Source: a virus. Taken from it: a DNA stretch of 64,000 bases. Positions 7,878 to 19,600 of this stretch are shown piece by piece (the stretch's first letter is position 1; each line of letters starts with the position of its first letter). The translations under genes were made by a program, and so were the position numbers. Below the pieces are notes generated by a model that had not been told where the DNA came from, did no database searches, and was given only the letters and a program-made list of their open reading frames with translations. The DNA lies in IMG/VR virus record IMGVR_UViG_3300045988_154248; one strand, given 5' to 3'.

Positions 7878-10718
7878 ATGCCAAAACAACATACAATTAA
7901 CCTCGAAGCTGTTATAAAAGCTGCACTGGATAAAAATAGCGAAAAAATAATCGATGATTTTGAGAAGAAAATCACTGAACCAAAAGAGATTAATATCAAA
8001 ACAGATAAAGCATCTAAACAGGTTAAGAAGCTGTCTGATGAGATTGAAAAAGAACAAAAGAAACATACTCAAACGTCTAGAAAAAGAAATAAAACTAAAA
8101 CAGCTACTGAACAAAGTACTCCAAAAAACGCAGATAAGTATGTACAATCAACAATATATGATAAAAAAGGACGTCCATCTACTTCTCATTCGTATACGTA
8201 TGCTGATGGAAAACAACAATCTTATAACAAGAATGGTAAGTTAACATCTGAGAAGCAGACCGTTGTTGATCTTCAAAAAGCATATTCTCAGTTAAATAAA
8301 GACGTAACAGAATATTATTCATTAAAGACAAAAGAAGCAAAAGGCAAAGTAGCCACAGAGGATAAACAGTATGTTAAAGGTCGGATTTCTGATTTAGTTA
8401 ATGAAATGTCTGCAAACCGAAAATATATTGCAGATGTAAAAAAGCAAGGTTTTTACAATGATGAATTGGAGCAAAAAGCTTTTAATCATTTTCGTAGAAA
8501 AGCTAATGGCTACAACACGTATGTCGATGAGAAAAATGCTACAATCAAAGCTTATGGAAATGATGACAATACTGCTATTCGTCAGGGACAGCGTTCGAAA
8601 CAACTAAGTAATTATGCTGGACAATCCACAGATGCAATTGAAAGAGCAAGAACGCTTGATACAACTATAACAGGTTTGGAAAAAGAATTATCAAACCTTG
8701 TTTCTTCTGGCGCATCAATGGATCAAATTAAGTCAAAATTTGATGAATGCACTTCTGCTGGTAAAGAATTTAAAAATGTCATGACCCTAGTCAATAGCAC
8801 TATGGAGAAAACATCTAAAAAAGATACCGTTGTTGGAGATTCAAATGCCGCAAAGCTTCAAAATGCCATTGATAAAAAAGTAGCTCAAGCAAAAACACTT
8901 GTATCAGATAGTTCTATAAAACAATTTGACGCAAAAATTGAAAAGATTAAATCTCAGTACGCTGGACAAGATGGTTCTGCAGACGTTTTATCATCTTTAG
9001 AAAAAACAGTGAATACCATACATGACAAACAGGCTAGTATAAAAGCAGAATTAGCAAAAGGATCTTCTGGAAATTTAACACAAATTGCTTCGGATGCTGA
9101 TATTTTGAATGCAAAGCTTAATGAAGTTGAAACTACCGCGAAAACGCTTGGAACTTCACTTTCAAAAAATCTAGATGGTACCACACTTCAGAGAACTATT
9201 GATAAAATTGATAATCTTGTAAAAAATTCCGACGGTTTTGCAAGCAAATCGCAATTAGAAAAATTAAAAACTCTACGAGATTCTTATACTAATAGTGATT
9301 CTGGAATTACAAAAGCTGTCAACTATGATAATTCTAAAATTATTTCTGGCATCGAGCAGGAAATTAATGCTCGTAAAAAATTAGCAGAAGCTCAGAAAGA
9401 ATTGCAAACTGGTACATATTCTGCGAATGAAGCCAATTATAAAAATGCTCTTTCCAAATATGAAGGGCAAACTTCTGAATCTCTAACTCGTGCAAGAGAA
9501 AGTTTAAAACAATTCAAAGAGATCCGTGAAGACTTTGAAAAGTCTATGAAAGACATTAAGGTTTCTGATCTTAGTGACGAAGAGTTTGAACGTTTAAGTA
9601 AGAATCTTCAGAATATGACTGAAGAGGAAGAAAAATATAAGACAGCGATGAAACAGGTCAAGGCAGAGGAAACTGCTACTCTAGCACCTGGTGTCGCCCT
9701 TCGTGCGTCAAACGAGATGCAGTCTTATATTAACAACAACAGCAAGGCATGGAAGAAATATAAGGCACAACTCGAAGAAGTTCGTGATGCCTATAAAAAT
9801 GTAACAACAGAAGGACAAAAGTTAGAAGTTGACGCTAAAGCTAGGGATTTGAAAGCAAAAATTTCTGCTGATGGATTAACAGGTGCAAGTTTTTGGCAAG
9901 ATACAAAACGTGCTGTTAATCAAATTGCTCAATTCACTGGAATTTACGGCATGTTGCAGAATGTCGTTATGGAAATTCCATCAAAGGTTGTTTCTAATGT
10001 AAAGGAAATTAATGATGCTCAAATTGAATTAGCAAAAGTTGCAAGTGATGCATCGGAGAGTCAATTAAGTCAGTACTGGGATAAGGCTGCTGAAAGTGCC
10101 AAGAAATATGGTGCTACAGTTAGTGATGTAATTAGCAGTACTGCGGATTGGAAACGTCTCGGAGCTTCTCTTGATGACGCAAAAGAATTGTCTGACATGA
10201 CTACTCTTCTGCAACGTGTCGGAGATAACATGACCCAGGAAACATCCTCTTCTGGTCTAATTAGTGCATTGAAAGGTTTTCAACTAAAAGCAGATCAAGC
10301 ACAACATATCGTAGATGTGGCAAATGAGGTAGCCAATACGCAGCCTATTGATACAGCAGGTATTTTTGAAGCAATTGAAAGATCTGCATCATCTCTAAAA
10401 GCCGCTGGCAATACGTATGAACAGGGTGTTGCGCTTGCCAGTGCAGCGAATAGTGTAATTCAAAATCCGGAAAAAATCGGGACAGCACTAAAAACGATCT
10501 CAATGCGCATAAGAAGCGCCGAAACAGATCTTGAAGAAGCCGGTCTTGACACTGAAGGAATGGTAACTTCTACTGCCAAGCTTCGAAAAGAAATGCTTGC
10601 ACTTAGTGGCGTAGATATTCTGAAAGACAAAGATACTTTTAAGTCTACTTATCAAATTCTTGATGAGTTAGCAAATAAATGGTCTGATTTAACAGACATC
10701 CAGCAGGCAGACTACACT
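7878..10718 (+). CDS. tail tape-measure protein, coding segment 1 of 4
   Basis: AAAGGTGGTGA SD then ATG. Coiled-coil N-terminus, then a TP901-type TMP core (ADWKRLGASLDDAKELSDMTTLLQRVGDN...GTALKTISMRIRS...WSDLTDIQQA). The frame runs into a stop 27 nt after the conserved sequence ends. The 3' boundary is approximate. Confidence 0.75.
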
Positions 10719-11109
10719 TGCCTGTATGTACAGAAATGTGCATAAGAGAACACATCTAAAACCAGTAAAACCTAATGCTCTATCACTACAATATGGATGA
10801 AACATGCTGATATGAATGTAACGAAAGTAAAACAACGATAGAGATTCTATATGGTCAAAAGCCTAAGTAGAAATTTTGCTAATTATTTTAAATTAGAAAT
10901 GGTAGCTTGGTCGCAAAGTCCCGAATAGGGATGTGTCAAACGAGTACCCCAACGTCAGGGGGGAGAAATCCTTAATGTAGGGCTTAATCGCTAAATGAAG
11001 TCTGAAATGGTGTGACTGCTATTATTCTTAAGATGAATAATGTGGTTAAAAAGTACTCTGATCTTATATGCGAGTATAAGAATTATTATTGAAAAGAGAA
11101 TTTTATTTT

Positions 11110-11286
11110 ATGAAAAAATTTGATAAAGAATACAGTACTCAATACGTACCTGAGATGAAATATCTTCAATCAAAAGGTATTGAATATTCTTTTGTAAAAG
11201 ATATTCAAGGAGTGACGACATATAAATATACGAAGACACCAGAGTTATTTTTGGCTTTGGTGTCTTTTTATATGGAGAATAAATAA
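11110..11286 (+). CDS. small conserved phage protein, paralog of 3270..3455
   Basis: See 3270..3455. Located inside intervening sequence 1. Confidence 0.5.
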   Translation: MKKFDKEYSTQYVPEMKYLQSKGIEYSFVKDIQGVTTYKYTKTPELFLALVSFYMENK

Positions 11287-11319
11287 AAATACGAAAGGAT
11301 AAATAATAGGTGATAAATA

Positions 11320-12687
11320 ATGGCAAGACAAAAATATACATATGAACAAGTTTACAATGAATTTGACAAAAGAGGTTATGATTTAGTATCAGAAGAATAC
11401 CATAACGTTTCTGAACATCTGGAATATATCTGCAGAAAACATAAAGACAAAGGTATCCAGAAGATAACATTTTCAAAACTTCATTCAGTGAATAGAGGTT
11501 GTTATTATTGTGGTAGAGAACGAACTGAAAATGCGCATGTGAAAGAATTAGATCCTGAATATGACAAACAATTGTGTGAATCGAAAAATTTTACATATAT
11601 TGGATCGAGAAAAGAAAATCATATTTTTGTTATTGATTTTATTTGTAATAATCATAAAGATCTTGGGATTCAGTCTATGCGTCGCAATAATATGAAAAGG
11701 CAAATTAAAGGATGTCAGTATTGTTCAGGGAAAAATTTACCAGAATGGTATATTATGAAAAAGAAAGATGAAGTAAATCCAAATATTATATTAATTGATC
11801 CATATAAAAACATGACTACAAGAATGAAATGTCTTTGCAAGAAACATAATTTTTTGCATAATAAAACCATGCAGGAAATTTTAGGTGGAAAAGGTTGCTA
11901 TTATTGTGGTCTTGAAAAACTAAGTAAACAAATGTTTTTGTCAGATGATCAAGTCAATGAAAATATTCATAAGAAAAATCCACATGTTGATGTTATAAAA
12001 TATAATGGCGCAGATATTATTTCTGAATGGTACTGTAATAAGCACCAAAAATCATTCAGTAAGTGCTATGTTACTTTGCTTTATTGTGATAGTGGATGCG
12101 ATGAATGTTATAAAGAATTAATTAGAGATAGATATGGTTTGGGTCAGTTAGAGTTTAAGAAAAAAATAAAAGAAATTCATCCAACATTACAAGTTATAGG
12201 CAAATATATAAATAATACCACTCCAGTAGATTTATATTGTCAAAAACATGATTGTTATTTTTCAACAGATCCATCTTCTGCATACAAAAGATTATCTTGT
12301 TGTCCTAAATCTAGAGTCACTTATAAAGAAGAATATGTATGTAGTTTGTTAGAAAAATGGGGTTATTCTATTACTAGACAAAAGAAATTTGATGACTGTA
12401 AGGATAAAAACGTTCTTCCGTTTGATTGTTATTTAAATGATTTTAATGTATTGGTGGAATATGATGGAGAAGGGCATTACAAACCTGTAATGTTTGGAGA
12501 AGAATCCTATGAAGAAGCCGTAGAAAAATTTCATTATACGCAAAAACATGATCAAATGAAGAATGAATATTGTGAAGTAAATAATATTCCTCTTATTAGA
12601 ATTCCTTATTATGAGTTCGATGATGTAGAATATTATCTATATGATAATTTATGTAAACTTGGTGTTATAGAAGAAAATTTTCAATAA
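11320..12687 (+). CDS. intron-encoded endonuclease candidate (zinc-ribbon repeats plus Vsr/DUF559-like PD-(D/E)xK domain)
   Basis: Four to five repeats of the pattern C.KH......(G)C..C (CRKHKDKG...GCYYCG; CNNHKDLG...GCQYCSG; CKKHNF...GCYYCG; CNKHQKS...GCDEC; CQKHDC). C-terminal FDCYLNDFNVLVEYDGEGHY...NIPLIRIPY resembles Vsr-like nucleases. Confidence 0.55.
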   Translation: MARQKYTYEQVYNEFDKRGYDLVSEEYHNVSEHLEYICRKHKDKGIQKITFSKLHSVNRGCYYCGRERTENAHVKELDPEYDKQLCESKNFTYIGSRKENHIFVIDFICNNHKDLGIQSMRRNNMKRQIKGCQYCSGKNLPEWYIMKKKDEVNPNIILIDPYKNMTTRMKCLCKKHNFLHNKTMQEILGGKGCYYCGLEKLSKQMFLSDDQVNENIHKKNPHVDVIKYNGADIISEWYCNKHQKSFSKCYVTLLYCDSGCDECYKELIRDRYGLGQLEFKKKIKEIHPTLQVIGKYINNTTPVDLYCQKHDCYFSTDPSSAYKRLSCCPKSRVTYKEEYVCSLLEKWGYSITRQKKFDDCKDKNVLPFDCYLNDFNVLVEYDGEGHYKPVMFGEESYEEAVEKFHYTQKHDQMKNEYCEVNNIPLIRIPYYEFDDVEYYLYDNLCKLGVIEENFQ

Positions 12688-12747
12688 TAATTGGTATAGC
12701 TTTAAGCGAGGGCTATATTAACAAAAGAAATATGAAGTGTAACTGAG

Positions 12748-13083
12748 TTGATCGCCGGTAAAAATCAAGGCAATGTAATGAGCGCCCTTATGAGCCAGTA
12801 CGATATTGCTCGTCAAGCGCTTAATACTGCTATGAATGATTCCGAAGGCTCCGCCGAAAGGGAATTAACTAATTACCAAAAGGGTATCGATTACAGTCTT
12901 GAAAGATTCAAGGCTACATTTCAAGAATTTTCAACTTCTGTTCTATCATCAGACACTTTCAAGGCTGTCATAGATAGCGGAACACAATTCTTAGAAATTC
13001 TTACTAAAATTACTGAAACACTTGGGCCACTTGGCACAGCTTTAACAGCACTTGGTGGTTTCAAATTTATATCAAGCATAGGT
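12748..13083 (+). CDS. tail tape-measure protein, coding segment 2 of 4
   Basis: LIAGKNQGNVMSALMSQYDIARQALNTAMNDSEGSAERELTNYQ is the canonical continuation of the TMP core. No SD or credible start of its own. Confidence 0.7.
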
Positions 13084-13904
13084 TAGCCAAAATCCTGGCT
13101 ATAGTTTATCGTAAACTGGCTTATCAATGCGGAGAATATCATAGCAATGGAATGATATTTCAACGTAGGGAGATTAGTGCTTGTAAAAAATAAATAGAGG
13201 ATTAATTCGTCGAATTCGCTATTCTGCAATAATGCAGTGAAATGGATGAAAATTCCGCGAGAACGCACGAGCCAACCTGACTACGTATAGTAATATGTGA
13301 AACGTTAGCAGCAATTATGGAATTAAAGATAATATCATAATGACGAGCGAAACATATGAAAGTTAGGAGGAGTAGAGAGAACACCCTTCCTCCAGCGTAT
13401 ATAATGCCATAGTTTATATGCGTTGAATGCATGTTCCACGGTACGCGAAAGTTGTGATGCTTTCTCATCACACGCCAGCTTCTATCCTATTTCTGGCGTT
13501 GTTGGAAAATAATAGGAAAATTATATAGATATTTATCGTCAAATTACAATAACAATGGGGGATGTGAAAGTATGGGATCTAAATCTAAATTAGTATTTGA
13601 AACATTAGAATCTGATCCAGATGGTATTATTGATGCAAGCGAGCAAATATTAAATGTTCAAGGTACTCAGTTTTTACCGTTTACCTGAAATGTGCCAGTA
13701 AACATTGCATTGAGGAGAGTATGGAAATACAACTTCCCAGCACTCTCCTCTTCCACTTCTATAACATTTTCAACAAAAATGCCACAAAGAATAACAACGC
13801 TATCGCCCACCAGGGCCATGGCTGCATACTTCTTCTGACTCTACCTTTCCATGACATATCTTTTATTTTTTCCTTTGTCTAAAAATAAGTTTTAATGAAA
13901 GCAG

Positions 13905-14228
13905 GTGATTATTATCAATATTCAGCAAACAGCAAACAAGATAGAAACAAGAATTGTGTCTTCAGATAAATTAAATTCACAAAATATGTCATATGTATAT
14001 ATTGATTCAGATAATCAAATATATGTACGAGAAGGAATACTGCAGAATGATATTGATATATTATCTGCTGTATTAATGCAAAGAAAAGTCGATAGTCGTA
14101 TTAAAAAAACATATTTTGATATTGTAGACTCATTGAAAACGAATCAAGTATCTAAAAATCAATTTGAGTCTCTATATAAGATGGTTCTTGTAAAATATTA
14201 TGGTAAGAATGAAGAAAGTACATTGTAG
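13905..14228 (+). CDS. small protein convergent with protease 1 (MIIINIQQTANK N-terminus)
   Basis: 107-aa ORF behind an AGCAGGTGAT SD. Its first ~12 codons and 5' flank are repeated at 14887-14923. The 3' end overlaps the protease ORF by 31 nt. Confidence 0.4.
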   Translation: MIIINIQQTANKIETRIVSSDKLNSQNMSYVYIDSDNQIYVREGILQNDIDILSAVLMQRKVDSRIKKTYFDIVDSLKTNQVSKNQFESLYKMVLVKYYGKNEESTL

Positions 14229-14866
14229 TTTTCGCATTCTCCAAGACCAACTTCTTTTTCTTTATATGAATAGCTTGATTGTTCAATCCCTACTAAATAA
14301 TATTGGCTATCACGATTAATAAATATCGGTGATCCGCTTGATCCACTAAAGCATTCCATATCCACAAGGAAACGTTCCAATCCATTAAATTTTGATTTTA
14401 GAGGTGTCGCAATAACGCCACTTCGAATAAGTGGAGTGATAAAATTATCAGACTGAAATGATAACGGATATCCAATCATTAACGCATATTCAATTGAAGA
14501 TATTGGAAAATCTTCCGTTATAATATCTTCTTTTGTAATCCAAGATATTTTTAGCTTTCCTACATATTCTGGTGAATCGATTAGATCATTTATTCCAATT
14601 ACTGCAACGTCATATTGTGGATGTAAATATGGTTGGATACGTATTTCATTGTTTAGAAGATTCACTTGATCGTTTTGCTCAATAGGGACAGAAAACAAAG
14701 CGTTTTTCATATTCTCAAATATATGCCTATTCGAGACTAATGCATAATTTTCTCGATTATTTGCATGGTATTTATAGAAAAATCCTGTACCAATTTTACA
14801 TTCATCATTTTCTTTTAATACAGTAATTTTTGTTACAGTATGAATCAAATTCTCTTTTGTAAGCAT
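14198..14866 (-). CDS. trypsin-like (S1/chymotrypsin-fold) serine protease 1
   Basis: AAGGAGAAG SD. His in LVSNRHIF, Asp in YDVAVIGI, Ser in FSGSSGSPIF (GxSGxP). Confidence 0.7.
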   Translation of the reverse strand: MLTKENLIHTVTKITVLKENDECKIGTGFFYKYHANNRENYALVSNRHIFENMKNALFSVPIEQNDQVNLLNNEIRIQPYLHPQYDVAVIGINDLIDSPEYVGKLKISWITKEDIITEDFPISSIEYALMIGYPLSFQSDNFITPLIRSGVIATPLKSKFNGLERFLVDMECFSGSSGSPIFINRDSQYYLVGIEQSSYSYKEKEVGLGECENYNVLSSFLP

Positions 14867-14894
14867 ATTTTACTTCTCCTTAATTAGAAAGCAG

Positions 14895-15236
14895 GTGATT
14901 ATTATCAATCAAACAGCAAACAAAACAGATCATCAGGAATCTATACAAACAATACACACAATAGAATTAACCACTAATGAGTATAATACAATCAAATATT
15001 TTTTTGAAAATATGGAGTCTTTATATAACTATGGACTGATTGATAAGGAAATTGTCCCATATAAAATTTTCTCCAATGCAAAAAATCATTTTATGAAAAA
15101 GCCAAAAATTACAATTACTAATTTAAAAATGACAAAAGCTTCAGATACTATTACTCATCTAGTTTGTGGTGATCAAAGTGTTAAATCTGTTTATCAAATA
15201 GCTACTTCTCCGTCACAAGAGGATATTGTTCTCTAA
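14895..15236 (+). CDS. small protein convergent with protease 2 (MIIINQTANK N-terminus)
   Basis: 113-aa ORF behind the same AGCAGGTGAT SD repeat. Overlaps the protease 2 ORF by 35 nt. Confidence 0.4.
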   Translation: MIIINQTANKTDHQESIQTIHTIELTTNEYNTIKYFFENMESLYNYGLIDKEIVPYKIFSNAKNHFMKKPKITITNLKMTKASDTITHLVCGDQSVKSVYQIATSPSQEDIVL

Positions 15237-15936
15237 TAAAATCAAGTATATAAAACGCATATACTTCCTGAGAAAGACCAAGACTTTCTTCATACTTCTT
15301 TTCAAATTCGTCTGTAGTAATTTTAAGAGAACGTATTTTAGCAGAATGATGTATGCCAAGTAGTTTGTATTTTTCATTAACTTTGATATAAACTGGGCAT
15401 CCACTTAAACCTTCTTTGGTATTGGCATAAGTGAAGAATCCGTTTTGAAAGTTGAACTGAATAGATGATGCAGTATTTCCTTTAATAATAAAAGGATACG
15501 CTAAGATTGTGTACCCTAATGCTGCTTGATAGCCAACGAGATAGACATCTTCCAAATCATTAAAACTTGATCTGTCATCATTTAAAATAATGTCTGATTC
15601 TTCTATAAAATGAAAAATTATATTGTATTTATTCAAGGCCTTGATTATTGTATTTGTTATATCGACATAGGCGATATCAAGAGAAGGATGTTTTATAGGA
15701 GAGACAGTTATATTAAAAGTTATACCTGACATTTCTTCGTTTTCGTCTATAGTGGATATAACAAAAGATATATTCATAATATTTTTGTCAAAACAATGAC
15801 CGCAAGAACAAAGGAAATATGATTCTCCTTGAGATGTTGCTAATTTTATGATAAAACCAGTAAAAGAGTGTCTTGGTTCTTCAGTATTATCAGCAATAAA
15901 TACTGTTGTATATTTCAAGTCATTTACACTAATCAT
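15202..15936 (-). CDS. trypsin-like (S1/chymotrypsin-fold) serine protease 2
   Basis: GAGAGGAAAA SD. His in SCGHCF, Asp in LDIAYVDI, Ser in EGLSGCPVY. Confidence 0.65.
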   Translation of the reverse strand: MISVNDLKYTTVFIADNTEEPRHSFTGFIIKLATSQGESYFLCSCGHCFDKNIMNISFVISTIDENEEMSGITFNITVSPIKHPSLDIAYVDITNTIIKALNKYNIIFHFIEESDIILNDDRSSFNDLEDVYLVGYQAALGYTILAYPFIIKGNTASSIQFNFQNGFFTYANTKEGLSGCPVYIKVNEKYKLLGIHHSAKIRSLKITTDEFEKKYEESLGLSQEVYAFYILDFIREQYPLVTEK

Positions 15937-15969
15937 ATCAATTTTCCTCTCTTATGTTTTATGGTTATC

Positions 15970-16533
15970 TTAAAAATCATACCCACAATTCTTACAGTGA
16001 AATTGTTTGCCGATTTTCTCTGATGCAATGCCAAACATATTTGTAGACAGCATACGTTTGAATATACCGATTTTCTCGATATTTGTAGATTGACACACTG
16101 GACAGTGAGGTTGGTTGGCAGATGTTGGATTTTGATAGTTGTTCTTTTCTCTATATTGTTTTAACCGCTCTTCTTCTTCATGACGTCTTTTGTTATATGC
16201 ATTCTCATCAAATTGATTTTCCACATTAAGATCTTTTAGGTCATTAAGAATGCTTTCTTTGTCACACCCGTGATGATTTAACAAATCTACCATTTCATAC
16301 TTAGTTTGTATAAATGGAACGCGACAATATTTACAGTTAACTCTTCTACAATGACCAGCATAATTAATTTCATGAACCCCACATCTCGGACAGATAAAAC
16401 CTCTAGTAAAATCATTAATATTATTTTCTTCTAGATATTTTTTGATTGGTCGTCCACAATGAGGACAAGTTTCAGCATAGATGCTAACTTCTCTATCACA
16501 ATCTGGGCAATATATCAAATTTTGAAATCCCAT
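15970..16533 (-). CDS. multi-zinc-ribbon protein
   Basis: GGAGGA SD then ATG 16533. Four CxxC pairs (CPDC..CPHC, CPRC..CKYC, CPVC..CKNC) separated by an acidic/basic linker. Confidence 0.55.
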   Translation of the reverse strand: MGFQNLIYCPDCDREVSIYAETCPHCGRPIKKYLEENNINDFTRGFICPRCGVHEINYAGHCRRVNCKYCRVPFIQTKYEMVDLLNHHGCDKESILNDLKDLNVENQFDENAYNKRRHEEEERLKQYREKNNYQNPTSANQPHCPVCQSTNIEKIGIFKRMLSTNMFGIASEKIGKQFHCKNCGYDF

Positions 16534-16620
16534 ATTACATCCTCCAATGCACATTAAATTAATTACATTATATCATAATTATTATATAAATCCAACATTA
16601 TACAATAATTTTATTCGCAG

Positions 16621-19600
16621 TTAAAAAATTTAGGTGATTTATTTGGTAGTTTTGGAGAATTAAACTTACTGAGAAATAAATATGGAAAAAACGCAACATT
16701 TGATACATTAAGCAGTACACTACAACAGTCTTTTAACGAGTCTTTTAAAGTTGGGAAAAATGGAATTAGTGAATTTTCCACAGAGCAAATTAAAACTAAA
16801 GCATCTGTAATGGGATTAAATGATGCGTTGACAAAACAAGCATTATCTCTTGCGAATGACGCTGGTTTATATCAAAAAGCTGCGGCAGGTAATCTTACAT
16901 TTAGTAAGGCTATAGAATTAAATATAAATAATGCAAGCGATTTAGTTGATGCCTTGATGAGTAGTAATTCTGAAGTCTTAAAAAAATATAAAGATAACGA
17001 TATTGCTGATATGATAGCTAATTCAGGTGAAAAAGGCAGCGCGGCATATAATGAGTTTGTTAAAGATCTCATCGATAAAAATCAAGATTTAGGGGACTCA
17101 ATCGTTGAATTAGCACCCAAAGTAGAAACTACAAAATCCGCATTTTCTGGTTTATCAAACTATTTTAAAGGACTTTTTGCTACATTTACAAATCCGATTT
17201 TCCTTTTAACGACAGCCGTTACCGTAGGGGTTGCGGCATGGCAAGGCTATAACCAATCTGTCCAGGAATCCATCCAGCACACGAAAGACTCAATAGCAGA
17301 AATAGAGGAACGTAATAAGTCTATTGACGACAATATCAGTAAAGCACAGGAACTAAGGGATTCCCTTGATTCCGGTACTCTTACAGAGCAAGAAGCTTAT
17401 AACACGAAGAGTCAATTGCTTGATATCCAAAGTCAATTATCTGATTCTTATGGAGAACAGGCGGATGGAATTGATCTGGTAAATGGTAAGCTGGATGAGC
17501 AGATCGAGAAGATGCAGCAGCTCAAAGTTGAAAATGCGAAAAGCTGGCTGAATGATTCGGATAATGAGAAGAATTACGAAAAAGCTAAGAAGAAGATGAC
17601 CAAAGATGATTATGAGTCATTCTTTGGAAATACACCTACTTTATCTTTACTTGGTAATGCACCAGAAAAAGCCGACTATACAAATTCAGACGTATATAAA
17701 GATGCACTGAAACGTTATCAAAATAGCAAATCCCAGATCGAAGAAATCCAGAAAGCAGCAGAAAAAGCCGGACTAAAACAGTATACAAGTACAAGCACAG
17801 GTCAGTTCCAGCTTGGTTTTGAAAATGAAACAGTAACAGGAGCAGATGAAAAATTAAACTCCTTCCTCGCTACTGTTAAAGAACTGAAACGGCAGTTTGA
17901 TGATGAGGGTAAAAATACTGATTACTTTGATAATATCATCAGTTCCGCCGAAGATGCCGAATCTTCTTATAAGGATATTTTAGACAAGCATCAAGAAGTA
18001 TATCAAGAGTATCTGAAAAACTCCATGCTTGCAGAGGGTTATGGTAATAATAAGCCAGCCACAGTATACCAGCAATATGCGGATGCTGTAGATAAATATA
18101 ATGAAGCCCTGCAAAGTGGAGATACATCTAAGGTCGAAGCAGCGAAAACTGCATTAGATGGCGTAAAAGATTCCGTAGATAATATTGTCAGTAGAGATTC
18201 CGGAAAAAAATACAAGGAACTGTTTGATGAGATTGCAGATGGTATTGACACAGCATCCGAAAAAACTTATGAGTTCAAAGAACGCTTATCCGGTAAAGGT
18301 ACAGATAAATTAAACAATACTGTGCTTTCTAAGCTCAAAGAGTTGAAGAATTACACAGATATTGACCTCAAGAGTATCAATCTTGATACAAGTGATGTTG
18401 TTGCTGGTAAAGATGCTCTACGCATGGCAGTAAACGAAGCAATGGATCTTGACATTGTTTCCGATGATTCTGCTGAAAGTGTGGCAAAAGTTGTTGATCT
18501 CTTAACGGATATGGGTATGACGGCAACCGTATCCATGAATCAAGTGGATGATTCCTTCTCAGAAGTCAATACTACCATTCAGCAAGCACAAGCAAATCTG
18601 GAAACGCTCAAGACGATTATGTCTGAATCTGTTTCGGGAGCAGGTATTTCTGCCGATAATGTGAAAGCATTTAAAGAAATGTTCGGAGATGATGCTGCGC
18701 GTGCTTTGGAGAAAACCGCAGACGGTTACCATATCAATCGTGAAGAGCTTGCAAAATTACAGGCGCAACAGTCAGAAATGAACAAAGCGGATTATCTTTC
18801 CGGTTTGGCAGATCAGCAGGAAGCTCTGAGACAAATCGAGGAGCAGATCGCCGATGCAATGGTAAAAGGTCAAGATGTCAGCGGCTTACAGGCACAGCGC
18901 GAAGGTATTTTGGATAATATTTCCTCTCTGGAGGATCTAGCATATCAGTATCAAACTGCTACTTCTGCTTATCAACAATGGCAGGATGCTATGTCCGGTG
19001 GTGAAGAAGGTAATATGTATGATTCCATCCAGGGTAACATGGAATCCATCAAAGATCTCTACGACAAAGGACTTGTGGGAGAAAACAAATTCCGAGAGTT
19101 TGTTGACCTTATGTCCAATAAGGATCTGACCAATGCCAGTGTGGATGAAATCGTTGCGGCTTATGAAGAATCCTATCCGAAGATGGAACGTTATTTTACA
19201 GAAGGACAGGAAGGATGTCAAGCATTCTTACAAGATATATCCAACCTTAATTCTGAATGGGCGCACATGAATGAAGATGGTTCATGGGAGATTAATTTCG
19301 GAGTCGGAAACGATCAAGAGATTGCGGATGCATTAGGAATTGATGTGGAAGCTGTACAATCAGTACTAAGAAAACTGCATGATTTTGGCTTTGACATCGA
19401 CCTCGATCAGCCGGTTAAATCTTTGGAACAACTAAAGACAGAAGCTCAATCAGCCAAAGAAGCTCTTGATGGAATGGGTGAAACTTCTCTTGATAGCATC
19501 AATTTGGACACAGATTCATTCAGTGAAATCACAGATGATATTGACAAGGTTAAGGAATATATTCAGCAGATCAATGATGCTGATTTGGAGCCAGAAGTTC

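Larger units (their letters stand above)
10719..12747 (+). ncRNA. group-I-intron-like intervening sequence 1 (carries two ORFs)
   Basis: It interrupts the TMP core exactly where homologous TMPs continue ...QA..L.AGK; the continuation (LIAGKNQGNVMSALM) resumes at 12748. A U precedes the putative 5' splice site and a G the 3' splice site. GC-richer structured stretches lie at 10900-11010 and 12690-12747. The core elements are less obvious than in intron 3. Confidence 0.55.
13084..16620 (+). ncRNA. group-I-intron-like intervening sequence 2 with 3.1-kb cargo
   Basis: The exon frame is restored by joining ...ISSIG (U at 13083) to LKNLGDLFGSF (16621, preceded by G). 13084-13500 is GC-richer with GAAA-capped hairpins and AAATTCCGCGAGAAC / CCAACCTGACTACG strings reminiscent of group I P and R elements. 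The cargo genes occupy 13560-16560. Confidence 0.5.
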
